Shown: one piece after another, positions 1-11,942 of the stretch
Numbering within the stretch: position 1 is the stretch's first letter
Layout of the letters: each line of letters starts with the position of its first letter
Source: Zootoca vivipara
Lineage: Eukaryota
DNA length: 64,000 nt
Direction: 5' to 3'
Assembly (NCBI RefSeq): GCF_963506605.1
Contig: NC_083288.1
Location: forward strand, 40,424,001 to 40,488,000
Program-made: the position numbers and the translations under genes
Notes under the pieces: model-generated
Database searches by the model: none
Seen by the model: only the letters and a program-made list of their open reading frames with translations
Told to the model about the DNA's origin: nothing

Positions 1-43
1 AACGCTGCAAGAGCAGAGCGCCCAGAAATTTCCGGAAATCTCT
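1..43 (+). CDS. TRIM gene, 3' end of an internal coiled-coil exon (partial, runs off the window)
   Basis: Open frame TLQEQSAQKFPEIS ends at a phase-0 donor GTGAGT at 44, matching the phase-0 acceptor at 527. Confidence 0.7.
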
Positions 44-526
44 GTGAGTCCAAGCCTCTTTGATGTTTCCGCCCTTGTTTCATGGAGCCAAGCTGCATGT
101 TACTTTCAGCACACACACTTTTGCTTTTGAATGTGCATTTAATGCCTGGTTTGAAGTGTGAGGAAACGGCAGAATCTATTAAGAAACATGTCCGAGAGGA
201 TGACATTAGATAAGACGGAACCTTAAAGCGCAATGGCATGTAATTTGGCTTATAAACATTGATATCGGGTGAGCGGGAAGTCACTAGTTTTGTTGAATTG
301 GGATATAACTGTTGAGTAACTATTTTCTATATGGAAAAAAGAATACAATATTATTATTAAAAAGTGCATCTAATGCTGCTTCTAAATGAAGGAAAAAATA
401 GCATTGCGCATCCCAGTTCAGCCTGAGAGGGTCCCTTTTTTATAAGCCCACTGGGGCTGCCAGATCAGAGTCGGTGTCCATCGCTCACATGTCCTCCTTT
501 TCCCTCCATTGCTGTTCCTTCCCAAG

Positions 527-763
527 GCCCAGCGCCTCCGCCTGGAGCAGCATCTCTCCGCCCAGTTCACGGAGCTCCACCAGTGGCTTCAGGAGAAGGA
601 GGCAGCGATGAGGAGGGAGATCCGGCGCGAGGAAGAGCTCCTCCTCAGCGAGCTGGAAAGGAACCAGCGCAACGGGCAGGAGCAAGTCCGCGCGGCTGAG
701 GAACAAGTGGCGAAGATCCAGGCCCGCCTGGAGGAGCAGCTGGACCCCGAAGCCTTCCTTAAG
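527..763 (+). CDS. TRIM gene coiled-coil exon (237 nt)
   Basis: Pyrimidine tract plus AG at 525-526; AQRLRLEQHLSAQFTELHQWLQEKE...PEAFLK is a typical TRIM coiled coil; donor AAG|GTCAGT. Confidence 0.9.
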
Positions 764-1132
764 GTCAGTGCGCCTCCGAACAAATATATGGGGAGGGCAT
801 CATTTCTGGATTGCAGGCAGGTGTGGTCTCCCAGAGGCACTCCAGATCCTGCACTAATCATGTAAATGAAATATGCTTGTGTCTCTTTGCTTATTATGAT
901 CGAGCAGAAAGTATGGCAAATCTGTACCTGTGTAGAAAGGGGACGTAGGGGGCCTGCCACCTGCAAAGGATGCAGGTTAATAGGTGGAAAGTGGAGCCAA
1001 TGAAATCTGCCCGTCAGGCACGCCGAGTTCCACCCAGCATTGTGGGTGCCTGGCACGTGTGTGTGATGTCACACATGTGCGTGATGTCATATGTTGCCGC
1101 CGAAGCAGAAGGGCCCGATGGAGCCCCCTGTC

Positions 1133-1470
1133 CATAGCTGCCAAGTTTCCCGTATTCCCCGGGAAACCCCCGTTTTTCCAGCTGTCCCCAGCCGAAAAAA
1201 CAGGTTCCCCCCCCGGTTTATTCTGGCGTGGCGGCCATTTTGGAACTGGGCGGAGCATGCTCAGAAGCGACTTTTGATGCTGCTCTGCCCAGTTCCAAAA
1301 TGGCTGCAGCGCGACTTCTGGTGCGGCGGCCATTTTGGAACTGGGCAAAGCAGCATCAAAAGTCACTTCTGAGCATGCTCCGCCCAGTTCCCAAATGGCG
1401 GCAGCATTACTTCCGGTCTGCTACTTCGGGTCCAGTCTCTTAGTTTTCAAGATGGAACTTGGCAGGTATG
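1133..1470. mobile_element. Non-autonomous hAT element (CATAGCTGCCAAG termini) with internal nested inverted repeats
   Basis: TIRs catagctgccaagtt / aacttggcaggtatg; 8-bp TSD cccctgtc/accctgtc. A partial inverted copy lies at about 23975-24200. Confidence 0.8.
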
Positions 1471-2515
1471 ACCCTGTCACAGCGGAAGGGCCCGACTGAG
1501 TGCCCCACCACAGCACCTTCTCGGTAGTGGTGCCCGCCCTGTGGAATGCCCTCCCATTGCCACTGAAGCCAGCAAGAGGGTTTCCTTTGCTGAGCAAGCC
1601 CTAGGCGACAGAAAGTCACCATGACTGCCTCAGTTAATATAATCCGGCTGGAACACACAAATCCAGTCATCATTTGGCATGATGTCATGAGAAGCCTCGT
1701 GTGAGAGGCAATTGCATTGCTCGCTTCCGTTTGACCAAGGGTGGAGGGCCTTTTTCTTATCAAGGACTGCATTTCCTTCTGGGCAGCCTCCTGGGGTGGG
1801 TGTGGCCAGGGGGGCAAAAGTGGGCAGAGCAACAAATATGACTCTTTGCCTTTGTACAGCTGGCTTCACACCCAAAAAAAGCTTGGAGAGCTACTTTTGG
1901 CCCCTTGCCCCTGAGGCCTGAGGTCCCCCACCCCTGCTTTAGACCTTGGCTGGGATATTACAACCAGTTTTGTGATGGCTTGGGGCCCAAGATGGCCTTT
2001 CTCAATTTGGGCTGACCCATTTTCTGTGGCCCAGCACATCGAGAGGTATGGCCCATGGGATGGTGTCATGAGGCAGGGCCTGCTCGATGGTGGCTCTCCT
2101 GCTCATGGAACTCCCAGCCCTGGGGAAATTTGGCTGTCCTCGTCGTTGACAACTGTTAAGCCTAACTTGAAGATGCATTTAGCCATTCATTCAAACCTTT
2201 GGTACTTAGACGCAGGGAGGAGTCCATTAGCTTAAGTGTTACTGTATTTACGGTGCCTGTAGCATCACACTTTTGAGTTTTGATATAGGTTTTAGCTACT
2301 ATTTTAGCAATGGGTGTTATCGTGATTGTCAATAGCAGTTGCTGCACGACACTCTGGGCTCCTGTGGGAGGAAGGCACGAAACCCATAACAATGATGAAA
2401 AATAAGTTAAGACGCCCTGTTTTAAGTAGCTTCTGTGATATCCAGGACAGGAAACAATATTCTAAATGGTCGGAACATTTCTGCAGATTTCCTTTCCCCT
2501 TTTTCTTTTTTGCAG

Positions 2516-2538
2516 GACATTAAAGCCTTCACAGAAAA
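2516..2538 (+). CDS. TRIM gene 23-nt micro-exon (DIKAFTEK)
   Basis: ttttctttttTGCAG|GACATTAAAGCCTTCACAGAAAA|GTGAGT. A 23-nt exon after the coiled-coil exon is characteristic of TRIM-B30.2 genes, and the phases fit both neighbours. Confidence 0.88.
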
Positions 2539-3025
2539 GTGAGTAGACCGTACGACTGAACCTCCTGCTTCTGTTCTTAACCCTCTCAGCAAACATGCAT
2601 TTACTTGACTTCATCTGGGGATGCAACTGGAGCTGTGTCAGCAGTATTGTTAGAGGGTGGGCCAGGGTCTTGGATCTTCTGCCTCTCCCCATCACTTTTT
2701 AAAATGATTTTTTAAAAAAAGAAAAACTCTGCTTCCAGCTTTCTTTGTCTGCTGTTTGTTTTCTGCTCATGATCTGTGATCCACAACTAGAGCTCATTCC
2801 CTGCTAGATCAGGAATATAACACCAGTGCCTTTTGCATCGATTAATCCACACTAGCAAATACTCCCGTGTTTGAATAATGTGATATGACTCATATTTAGG
2901 GGCTAAATGAGCATTAGTACAAAGAGCAGCACTTTCAGATCTGGCCACTAGGTGGAGATAAAGAGCAGCTTGTGACACGCATAATCATGTATTCAACTTT
3001 ATACGATTTCCCCCTGTTCTTGCAG

Positions 3026-3150
3026 ATATTGCCCTAGTGATGACAAAGGATCCACACTGCCTGTGGTCGCCCGTGAGTTCAGCCTGGGCCAGTTTAAGGG
3101 CCCCATTCAGTACATGGTGTGGAAGGAGATGCTGCCAGCTCTGAGACCTT
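3026..3150 (+). CDS. TRIM gene linker exon (125 nt)
   Basis: ttcttgCAG| ... |GTAAGT. Encodes YCPSDDKGSTLPVVAREFSLGQFKGPIQYMVWKEMLPALRP; the GQ(F/Y)KGPIQYMVW motif is recalled from TRIM69/xnf7/A33 proteins. Confidence 0.9.
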
Positions 3151-3253
3151 GTAAGTATCGGAGCGATGAGGATTTATTGCCACAACAGCTTGGCATAAAC
3201 TGTTTCTGTGATGCTGTGGCAAAATCTGCCACTTGAGGCCAGAGCTGCTCTGC

Positions 3254-3304
<51 letters not shown>
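3254..3304. repeat. (AAT)n microsatellite
   Basis: Seen directly. Confidence 0.95.
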
Positions 3305-3305
<1 letters not shown>

Positions 3306-3651
3306 GTAAAGGGACCCCTGACCATTAGGTCCAGTCGTGACCGACTCTGGGGTTGCGCGCTCATTTCGCATTATTGGCCGAGGGAGCCGGCGTATAGCTT
3401 CCAGGTCATGTGGCCAGCATGACAAAGCCGCTTCTGGCAAACCAGAGCAGCACATGGAAACGCCGTTTACCTTCCCGCTGTAGCGGTTCCTATTTATCTA
3501 CTTGCATTTTGACGTGCTTTCGAACTGCTAGGTTGGCAAGAGCTGGGACTGAACAATGGGAGCTCACCCCGTCACAGGGATTTGAACCGCCGACCTTCTG
3601 ATCAGCAAGCCCTAGGCTCAGTGGTTTAACCCACAGCGCCACCTGGGTCCC
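3305..3651 (-). mobile_element. Sauria SINE, full length
   Basis: Reverse complement starts gggacccaggtggcgctgtgggttaaacc, has B-box ggttcaaatccc and ends in the ccctttacc tail. Confidence 0.9.
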
Positions 3652-4045
3652 TATATATTTATTTATACCCCACCTATTTGGCTGGGTTTCTCCAGCCACT
3701 CTGGGCAGCTCCCAACCAAATATTAAAAACATAATACAGCATTAAACTTTAAAAACTTCCCTAAACAGGGCTGCCTTCAGATGTCTTTTAAAAGTAAGAT
3801 AGTTGCTTATTGCCTTGACATCTGCTGGGAGGGCGTTCCACAGGGCGGGCACCACTACCGAGAAAGCCCTCTGCCTAGCTCTCTGTAACCTCACTTCCCG
3901 CAGTTAGGGAACCACCAGAAGGCCCTCGGAGCATAGCTGTCAAGTTCTCCCTTTTTAAAGGGAAATTCCCTCATTCCAAATAGGATTCGTTGTGAGAAAA
4001 GGGAAAACTTGACAGCTGTGCCTCGGAGCTGGACCTCAGTGTCTT
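3652..4045 (-). mobile_element. L2 LINE 3' fragment
   Basis: Matches the 3' end of the L2 copies at 13417 and 17183. Confidence 0.8.
3932..4020. mobile_element. 89-bp hAT MITE nested in L2
   Basis: TIRs catagctgtcaagtt / aacttgacagctgtg; perfect 8-bp TSD cctcggag (3924-3931 and 4021-4028). Confidence 0.9.
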
Positions 4046-4279
4046 AGTTTAACTGTTCTTTCATGCAGAGGAGCCAGTGTGGCATAGTAACTAGAGCAGC
4101 CCCTCCCCAAGCTGATGCCCCTAGACTTTTTTGACTACAAGTCCCATCAACCCCAGGTAGAATGGTCAAAGGTCAGGGATGATGAGAGATGTAGATCAAC
4201 ACTGTCTGGAGAGCTTCAGCTGGGGAAGGTTGGGTTTGGTATTGGATTGGGACCAGGGATGCCCAGCTTCAAATTTATA

Positions 4280-4725
4280 CAGTCATACCTCGGTTTAAGT
4301 ACGCTTCGGTTTGAGTACTTTCAGTTTATGTCAGGGGTCCCCAAACTAAGGCCCAGGGGCCAGATGTGGCCCAATCACCTTCTCAATCCGGCCTGCGGAT
4401 GGTCCGGGAATCAACATGTTTTTACATGAGTAGAATGTGTCCTTTTATTTGAAATGCATCTCTGGGTTATTTGTGGGGCATAGGAATTCGTTCATATTTT
4501 CCCCCAAAATATAGTCCGGCCCCCCACAAGGTCTGAGGGACAGTGGACCGGCCCCCTGCTGAAAAAGTTTGCTGACCCCTGGTTTAAGTACTCCACGGAC
4601 TCGTCTGGAACAGATTAATCCACTTTCCATTACTTTCAATGGGAAAGTTCGTTTCAAGTTAAGTACACTTCAGGTTAAGTACAGACTTCCGGAACCAATT
4701 GTGTACTTAAACCGAGGTACCACTG
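4280..4725. mobile_element. Tc1/mariner (Tigger-type) MITE, interrupted by a hAT element
   Basis: TA-flanked cagtcatacctcggtttaagtac...gtacttaaaccgaggtaccactg. Uninterrupted copies lie at 32040-32232 and 39382-39569. Confidence 0.88.
4332..4581. mobile_element. hAT-Charlie-type non-autonomous element
   Basis: caggggtccccaaact ... agtttgctgacccctg; 8-bp TSD gtttatgt/gtttaagt. Confidence 0.88.
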
Positions 4726-4811
4726 TATTTGGTCCCGAAACATACTAAGCAGACTTCAGCCAGGTTCTGTTTCTGAGCATAACCTACCTCACAAGGTTGT
4801 GAAGACAAACA

Positions 4812-6362
4812 ACAATAACAATAATTTATTACTTATACCCCACTCATCTGGCTGGGTTTCCCCAGCCACTCTGGGCGGCTTCCAACAAAATATTAAAAAC
4901 TTCCCTAAACAGGGCTGCCTTCAGGTGTCTTCTAAAAGTCAGATAGTTGTTTATCTCCTTGACATCTGATGGGAGGGCGTTCCACAGGGCAGGTGCCACT
5001 ACCGAGAAGGCCCTCTGCCTGGTTCCCTGTAACCTCACTTCTCTCACTGAGGGAACCGCCAGAAGGCCCTCAGCGCTGGGCCTCAGTGTCTGGGCTGAAC
5101 GATGGGGGTGGAGATGCTTCTTCAGGTATACAGGACCGAGGCCATTTAGGGCTTTAAAGCTCAGCACCAACACTCTGTACAGTGGAACCTCGGTTTACGA
5201 ACACAATTGGTTCCAGAAGTCTGTTCATAAACCGAAGTGTTCATAAACCGAAGCGAACTTTCCCATTGAAAGTAATGGGAAGTTGATTAATCCGTTCTAG
5301 ACGAGGAAAAACACCCCCTAAAGCAGCAGGGCCTTCGCTCCGATGCCTTCGCGGAGGCCGGGGAGCGCTCCCTGGCCTCCGCGAAGGCATCAGAGCGAAG
5401 GCCCTGCTGCTTTAGGGGGTGTTTTTCCTCGACTAGAACGGATTAACTGCTTTGCTCCGATGCCTTCGCGGAGGCTGGGGAGCGTTTCCGCGACTGGGCT
5501 GCAGCCGCGAAAGTGCTCCCCGGCCTCTGGGAGGCATCGGAACAAAGTCCCGGCTCCGATGCCTTCTGGAGGCCGGGACTTTGTTCCAATGCCTTTGCGG
5601 AGGCAGGGGAGCACTTTCGCGGCTGCAGCCCAGTGCGGAAATGCTCCCCAGCCCCCGGAAGGCATTGGAACGAAGGCTCAGCCTCCCCGAAGGTATCGGA
5701 CGCTCTGATGCCTTCGGGGAGGTTTGGCCTTTGCTCCGATGCCTTCGGGGAACCCGGGCCTTCGCTCCGGGCCTCCAGGAGGCATCGGAGCGAAGGCCCG
5801 GCCTCCCCGAAGGCATCGGACGCTCAGCAGGCCTCGGGCACCTCTGTTTACTAACTTCCGGGTTAGGATAGTTCGTAAACCGAAAGTTCGTAAACCGAGG
5901 TGTTCGTAAACCAAGGTTCCACTGTATTGTGAAACGTACTGGGAACCAATGTCTTTCAGGACTGGTGTCACCAGTCTGACTGCCACATTCTGGATTAGTT
6001 GTAGTTTCTGGGTCACCTTCAAAGGTAGCCACACGTAGAGCGCATTGCAGTAGTCTAAGCAGGAGATGACTAGCGCATGCACCACTCTGGCAAGACAGTC
6101 TGTAGGTAGGTAGGGTGTCAGCCTGTATTCCAGATGGAGCTGGTAGACAGCCACCCTGGACACAGAATTAACCTGTGCCTCTATGGACAGCTGTGAGTCC
6201 AAAATGACTCCCAGGCTGCACACCAGGACCTTCAGTGGGCTTCAGTTACCCCATTCAGGACCAGGGAGTCCTCCACACCCACCCGCCCTCTGTCTCCCAA
6301 GAACAGTACTTCTGTCTTGTAAGGATACGACCTCAATCTGTTAGCCGCCATCCATCCAAAAG
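4812..6362 (-). mobile_element. L2 LINE 3' portion (degenerate), split by a MITE
   Basis: ORFs 4844..5173 and 5678..6223 carry L2 ORF2 C-terminal motifs (LDYCNALY, LWNALP). Confidence 0.88.
5180..5924. mobile_element. Tigger-type MITE with an internal palindrome/hairpin array
   Basis: TA TSD; TIR cagtggaacctcggtttacgaacac / gtgttcgtaaaccaaggttccactg. Confidence 0.88.
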
Positions 6363-6427
6363 TGAGTGTGTGTGTGTGTGTAATCTTGCATCTCTTTTGA
6401 TCCCTGCCCCATCTGAAGCAAACTGGG

Positions 6428-6564
6428 ATACCTGAGCTGGTAGAGCATAAGACCCTTAATTTCAGGATTGTGGATTTGAGCCCCAAAAGATTCCTGCATT
6501 GCAGGGGGCTGGACTAGATGACCCTTGGGGTCCCTTCCAATTTTACAGTTTTAGGATTCTATGA
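6428..6564 (+). mobile_element. tRNA(Lys)-derived SINE with CR1-like 3' tail
   Basis: Degenerate tRNA-Lys-like head (agctggtagagcataagacccttaat...gagcccc) followed by the CR1 tail ggactagatgacc...ccttccaa...gattctatga. Confidence 0.6.
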
Positions 6565-6864
6565 AGTGCCATGCCTGCTCTTGTACCGAGTGCCAGCTGA
6601 TGAAATATCTCCAGTTAACACAATTGGGTTGCCATTTGTGAAACTTGAGTTCTTTGTGTGGTTTTGGGTGGGCATTAGAGAAGAGCAGGGCTTTATCTGA
6701 GGAGATAAAGAAATAAAAAGAACTACGTAACTTTTAGAAGATATCTGAAGGCAGCCCTACACCGGGAAGTTTTTAAATGTTTGACACTTTAAAATGTTTT
6801 TATATGTGTCGGAAGCCACCCAGAGTGTCTGGGGCAACTCAGCCGGATGGGCAGGGTATAAATA

Positions 6865-7001
6865 NNNNNNNNNNNNNNNNNNNNNNNNNNNNNNNNNNNN
6901 NNNNNNNNNNNNNNNNNNNNNNNNNNNNNNNNNNNNNNNNNNNNNNNNNNNNNNNNNNNNNNNNNNNNNNNNNNNNNNNNNNNNNNNNNNNNNNNNNNNN
7001 N
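6865..7001. other. Assembly gap (N run) at an L2 microsatellite tail
   Basis: Run of N directly after an L2 3' end (about 6718-6864). Confidence 0.98.
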
Positions 7002-7011
7002 GCCTTTAACC

Positions 7012-7132
7012 CAGGCTTCCTCAACCTCGGCTCTCCAGATGTTTTTGGCCTACAACTCCCATGGACCAGTGGTCAGGGATGATGGGAATTGTAGTATCAA
7101 AACATCTGGAGAGCCGAGGTTGAGGAAGCCTG
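7012..7132. mobile_element. 121-bp palindromic hAT MITE
   Basis: Long TIRs caggcttcctcaacctcggctctccagatgtttt; perfect TSD ctttaacc. Confidence 0.9.
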
Positions 7133-7693
7133 CTTTAACCACTATGCGGCAGGCAGGAATTTAACAGGTTATGCCTTTTCAAGAATGGAACTATAATTAC
7201 AGGAAAAGTTTATCCTGTTGACATTGTGACTAGATCGACACAGCTATAAAAAAATGCTATGAAAACACACTGAGAAACCATTGTAAATCTCACAAATGAT
7301 AATATCACTGAGTTGCGATTTTAGGTCTACAGTCCCATCCGGTGTCACAGGGTTATAACGCATTTATAACGCTGCATTTTGACTAATGTAGCTGACTCCT
7401 CTGTCTGTCTTCTTGTGTGTGGGCCCTGATTTATCACTGGGCCCTCTACCCTACTTGCCAAAGACAATACAAATTTGTATGTGAAACAAAGGATATGCAG
7501 ATCCATGCCCTCTTTGTGTGAGAAGGGTGGCGGGCCTGATGCACGTGCAGTGTGCTGGGCCCAGAAAATCCTTTTGGCACCTCTGAGGTAAAAACTGGAC
7601 AGTCTGTTTAGTGTAGTAGATCTATCCTGTATCCAACATTTCTGAATGTAATGTAAGGTGTCGGTAACCATTACGTTGGTCGTATCCCAACAG

Positions 7694-8244
7694 CTCCCTG
7701 TCAAATCACCTTGGATCCTGCCACCAACCACCCCAACCTTGTGCTCTCCAAGGACCTTGATAGCGTTCGTCTTGAAGACAACCCTGAGGACGAGGTCCCT
7801 GATGGGCCTGAGAGGTTCAGCAAGTGTGTGTGTGTGCTGGGCGCTCAGGGATTTACCTCAGGACGCCATTACTGGGAAGTAGAGGTGAGGAATAAAACCA
7901 GCTGGGACATTGGCGTGGCCAAGGAGTCCGTCAACAGGAAGGAAGCCAAAGTGAAAGTCAAGCCCAGCAATGGATTCTGGGCCATCTGGCTGAGGAACGG
8001 TAGTGAATACAAGGCCCTCGAGTCTCCCCCCAAGTTGCTGTCCCTCAAGGCCAAGCCCCAGAAAGTCGGGGTCTACCTGGACTACGAAGCGGGGCAGGTC
8101 TCCTTCTACGATGCCGACACCATGCTCCACATCTACACCTTTTCGGACATCTTCTCCGAGCGCCTCTACCCCATGTTCAGCCCTGGAGTCAACAAAGACG
8201 GGCTCAACGGCGAAGCCCTCCACCTCCTGTCCCCGCGGGCATAG
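7694..8244 (+). CDS. TRIM69/nuclear factor 7/A33-like E3 ligase, terminal PRY-SPRY (B30.2) exon
   Basis: CAG acceptor at 7691-7693 is phase-compatible; motifs [52 protein letters not shown]; stop TAG at 8242-8244. Confidence 0.93.
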
Positions 8245-8417
8245 CAAGGGCCGTACCTGGAAGTCCCATCAAGCCCCACCAGGACCCTGTTTCGTTTGCA
8301 AATGGTCTTAATTTATGTCGAGTTGCTGGATTAGAGTGGTCTTAAACCAGGTGGTGCCTGGCTGGGAAACCATTGGCACCCCATGCAAAGTTGCTCTGAG
8401 CTTCCCAATGAAAGAAT

Positions 8418-8718
8418 GAGCACAGTTCAAAGTGTTGGTGCTGACCTTTAAAGCCCTAAACAGCCTCAGCCCAGTATACCTGAAGGAGTGTCTCCACCCC
8501 CATTGCCCAGACTGGACACTGAGGTCCAGCTCCGCGGCCTTCTGGCGGTTCGCTCACTGCAAAAAGTGAGGTTACAGGGAACCAGGCAGAGAGCCTTCTC
8601 GGTAGTGGAATGCCCTTCCACCAGATGTCAAAGAAATAAACAACCATCTGACTTTTAGAAGACATCTGAAGGCAGCCCTGTTTAGGGAAGTTTTTTAATG
8701 TTTGATGTTTTATTGCTC

Positions 8719-8773
<55 letters not shown>

Positions 8774-8849
8774 TTATGCTGGGAGCTGCCCAGAGTGGCT
8801 GGGGAAACCCAGCCAGATGGGTGGGGTATAAATAATAAATTATTATTAT
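8418..8849 (+). mobile_element. L2 3' fragment with internal (TTA)n
   Basis: Similar to the L2 copy at 17183-17995. Confidence 0.85.
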
Positions 8850-8928
8850 AAAAGTACAATAGGAACTTGCATTGTTCTGTGGTGCATCAGAACCTGGGGT
8901 TGGCACAGATAAGGATCAGGATAAGGAT

Positions 8929-9067
8929 CAGGGCCAGCTCTAGGTAGCCCCCCGGTGGCGCGGTGCTTCGCCGCGCGGAAACCATGCTGTGCCCTGCAAG
9001 GGCGGGGGCGCTGGAGCGATCTCCGCCCCTCAGCACCAGGGTGCGCGACCTGCTCGAGATGACCCTG
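8929..9067. mobile_element. GC-rich hAT (Tip100-like) MITE
   Basis: cagggcc...gaccctg ends; perfect 8-bp TSD ataaggat. Confidence 0.8.
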
Positions 9068-9584
9068 ATAAGGATAGTTATATAGGAGAAGGGAGGGAGG
9101 GCAGAAAAGAGACTTGAAACTAAATGATGAAGTTTTGGACAATGTAAAATGACAACTGACCTACAGACATGTTTTAGAAGCCATACATCCGCAATTTTGA
9201 CTGAAGGGGTAGAGCAGCCAGAAGCTAAATGTTTCGGTTCTGAAATGGGAACAACAGACTGTCAGATTTAGAGACGCCAACTCCTACTTTAGGAGACACA
9301 GACTCCTACTTTAGCAAAGAGGGGGAACTTCTGAATGTACATGCAGGACACATTAAAGCCACATGACCTCAGCCTGCAGAGGGCAGCACCAACATCCCGT
9401 AGCTTCAGCGAACGATGCCTTTCTGAACATCTCCATAACTGCCACATTGACAACAGCAACATTTCATTTTTATTGGAGCAACAGAGGAAGGCAGAAGTTG
9501 AAACATTTTGCCATGGGAATAAAAGGTTTCCTGTTAATCACAGTGAGTGCTGTGTGTGTGTGTGTGTTTGTGCAAAAGCAGATA

Positions 9585-9830
9585 CAGTCATACCTCAACA
9601 TCCGAAGGCTTCGGCTTCCGAAGGTTTCGACTTCCGAAGTCGAAGCCTCCGGAAGTCCTCCCGGTGTGCACGTTCTACACCTGCGCAGAGCGGTGCACGC
9701 AGTTGGCGCATGCGCAGAAGCACGAAATCACGCTTCGCGCATGCGCCGTAGCGGCGCTTCAACAACCAAAAACCTCGACTTACAAAGACGACCGCGGAAT
9801 GGATCGTCTTCGTAAGTCGAGGTACCACTG
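9585..9830. mobile_element. Tigger-type MITE
   Basis: TA-flanked cagtcatacctc ... gaggtaccactg. Confidence 0.82.
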
Positions 9831-10784
9831 TACCCGCAAAGCCAGGATTAGTCTCCCTAGCTTACTCTCTGCCAAAGATATCGGCAACTCTGGAGCAGCA
9901 GTGGCTAACCTGCGGCCCATCCAGGTGTTTGAACTACAGCTCCCATCCTCCCCGACTTTTGGCTTGTGCTGGCTGGGGCTGATGGGAGATGGAGTCCAAG
10001 AACTTCCGGAGGTAGAGAGGCGACCCTCCTTTCTGGGCTGCTAAGATTCTCTTCTTGTAAACAGGACAAAGCGAAATTGTGTCCTCAGACAATTGCCAAC
10101 AGCACAGCGGTGCCTGACAAGCATCTAAGGGAGTGGGGGGGGGCAGATCCCTGCAGAAGCTGTGCCCAAAGAGACATGTTATACCTGGATGCTTCTGGGA
10201 AAGGGAGGGTCCTGATGACGCCCCAGGGGAGGATGAGGTGATGGTAGAAAGGTATCAGTCGGATCAGCCTGGAGGTTTCTCCGCAGATGATGGGTTGGGT
10301 CATGTTTTCAGAGGTGAGTGCAGGTTGCCTGTGTGTCTGAACAGGGAGGGTGTTTAAATTTTAACATCAGTGCACCTTTCTAAAGGCATTTGTGGCTCAG
10401 TTCTTCCTTGATCTGTTATATTTACATCTGCTCTTGGGAGCCATCCGTTTGAGTGTTGCTTGTTTGGATGCTTGGTAGACGTAAGAGCCGTTTTACTCCT
10501 TCCAGATTTCTGGAATAATTACGATGCATTCTGAAACAACACACATATAGCGTCCACCACAGTGCGATAGTCATTCACACAGAATTTTACAGGGAACCAA
10601 CTCAAAATAAGAGAATAATGCTATATGCATGGTATCTGAGTGCAATAGCGTGCAGCTTAAAAATCTTGCTTGAGGCAACCGGCTGCTGGGCAGATGTTGC
10701 TGGACTTCAGTTCTCAGTACTTCCAGCTAGCATGGCCAGCCATCAGGGATGACGGGATTTAAACACAAATTTAAACACAAATCC

Positions 10785-11820
10785 GACACATAGCTGTGAG
10801 GCATTTGCGAGCTTTTTTGCAGAGAAAGTCCTGCTGCTCCGCCATGACCTCCCTGCCAATTTGGATACAGTAATGGAACTGGAGGCCCCTCGACTGTCTT
10901 CAGGTCCAGTGTTGGACCATTTTGATCGGATACTCTCTGTTGATGTGGACAGATTCCTCCGAGCCGGTAGGCCCACCACTTGCCTCCTCGACCCATGGCC
11001 GCCTTGGCTGATTAGAGCGTGTCCAGACATCGTGCGGGTCCCCCTGGTTGAAATCATCAATTTGTCCCTTGGCACGGGGACATTCCTAGAGGAGCTGAAG
11101 GAAGCAGTGGTGTGTCCACTCTTAAAGAAAACTTCATTAGATCCTTTAGATCTAGCCAATGACCCCCCAGTTTTAAATCTTCCATATCTGGGTAAGGTAA
11201 TTGAGAGAGCGGTTGCTGAACACCTTGGTAGGTTTCTGGAGGAAACATCAGCTCTAGATCCATTCCAGTTCAGTTTCTGTCCTGGTTTTGGGACCGAGAC
11301 GGCTCTGGTCGCCTTAACAGATGACCTCCGTAGACAACTGGACTGAAGTGGGTCGGGATTGCTGATTCTTTTAGATTTGTCAGCAGCCTTTGACATGGTC
11401 AATCACGATCTTCTGGACCACTGCCTTGCCAACGGGATTCAGGGCACAGCCCAACATCTCTGGTCGGGGACAGAGGGTGGCGCTAGGGAGGGAGATGTTG
11501 TCACGTCACTCCTTAGTGTGTGGAGTGCCGCAGGGCGCAATCCTTTCCCCGATGCTTTTCAACATCTTTATGCGCCCCCTTGCCCAGATTGTCCAGAGAT
11601 TTGGGCTGGGTTGTCACCAATATGTTGACAACACTCAGCTCTATCTGCTGATGTACGGCCACCCCGACTCGGCCCCGGACACACTGACCAGATGCTTGGA
11701 GGCTGTGGCTAGATAGCTTCATGGGAGCCGACTGAAATTAAATCCTTCGAAGACAGAGGTCCTCTGGCTGAGTTGGGATGGTATAGGGTTGGGGGACCAA
11801 CCTCCTTCTCTTGCGGGAGC
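10785..11820 (+). mobile_element. L2-clade reverse transcriptase fragment (stop codon plus frameshift)
   Basis: PTTCLLDP, AVVCPLLKK, GTETAL, LDLSAAFD, GVPQGAILSP, YVDNTQ. Confidence 0.88.
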
Positions 11821-11894
11821 TCTAAAAAATGACCCTGAATTTTTAAATTTTTATTGACATGGGTGCTACATTTGTGTTGTCTTTTATGCTGTTT

Positions 11895-11942
<48 letters not shown>

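Noticed and set aside
977-1443. Overlapping ORFs on both strands, and similar GC-rich ORFs at 5343-6032, 12945-13346 and 47316-47714
   Set aside because: By-products of GC-rich palindromic MITEs; no protein motifs.
5337-5822. CRISPR-like repeat-spacer array
   Set aside because: Eukaryotic context, repeats alternate in orientation, spacers are related to each other, no cas genes, and the array is bounded by MITE TIRs.
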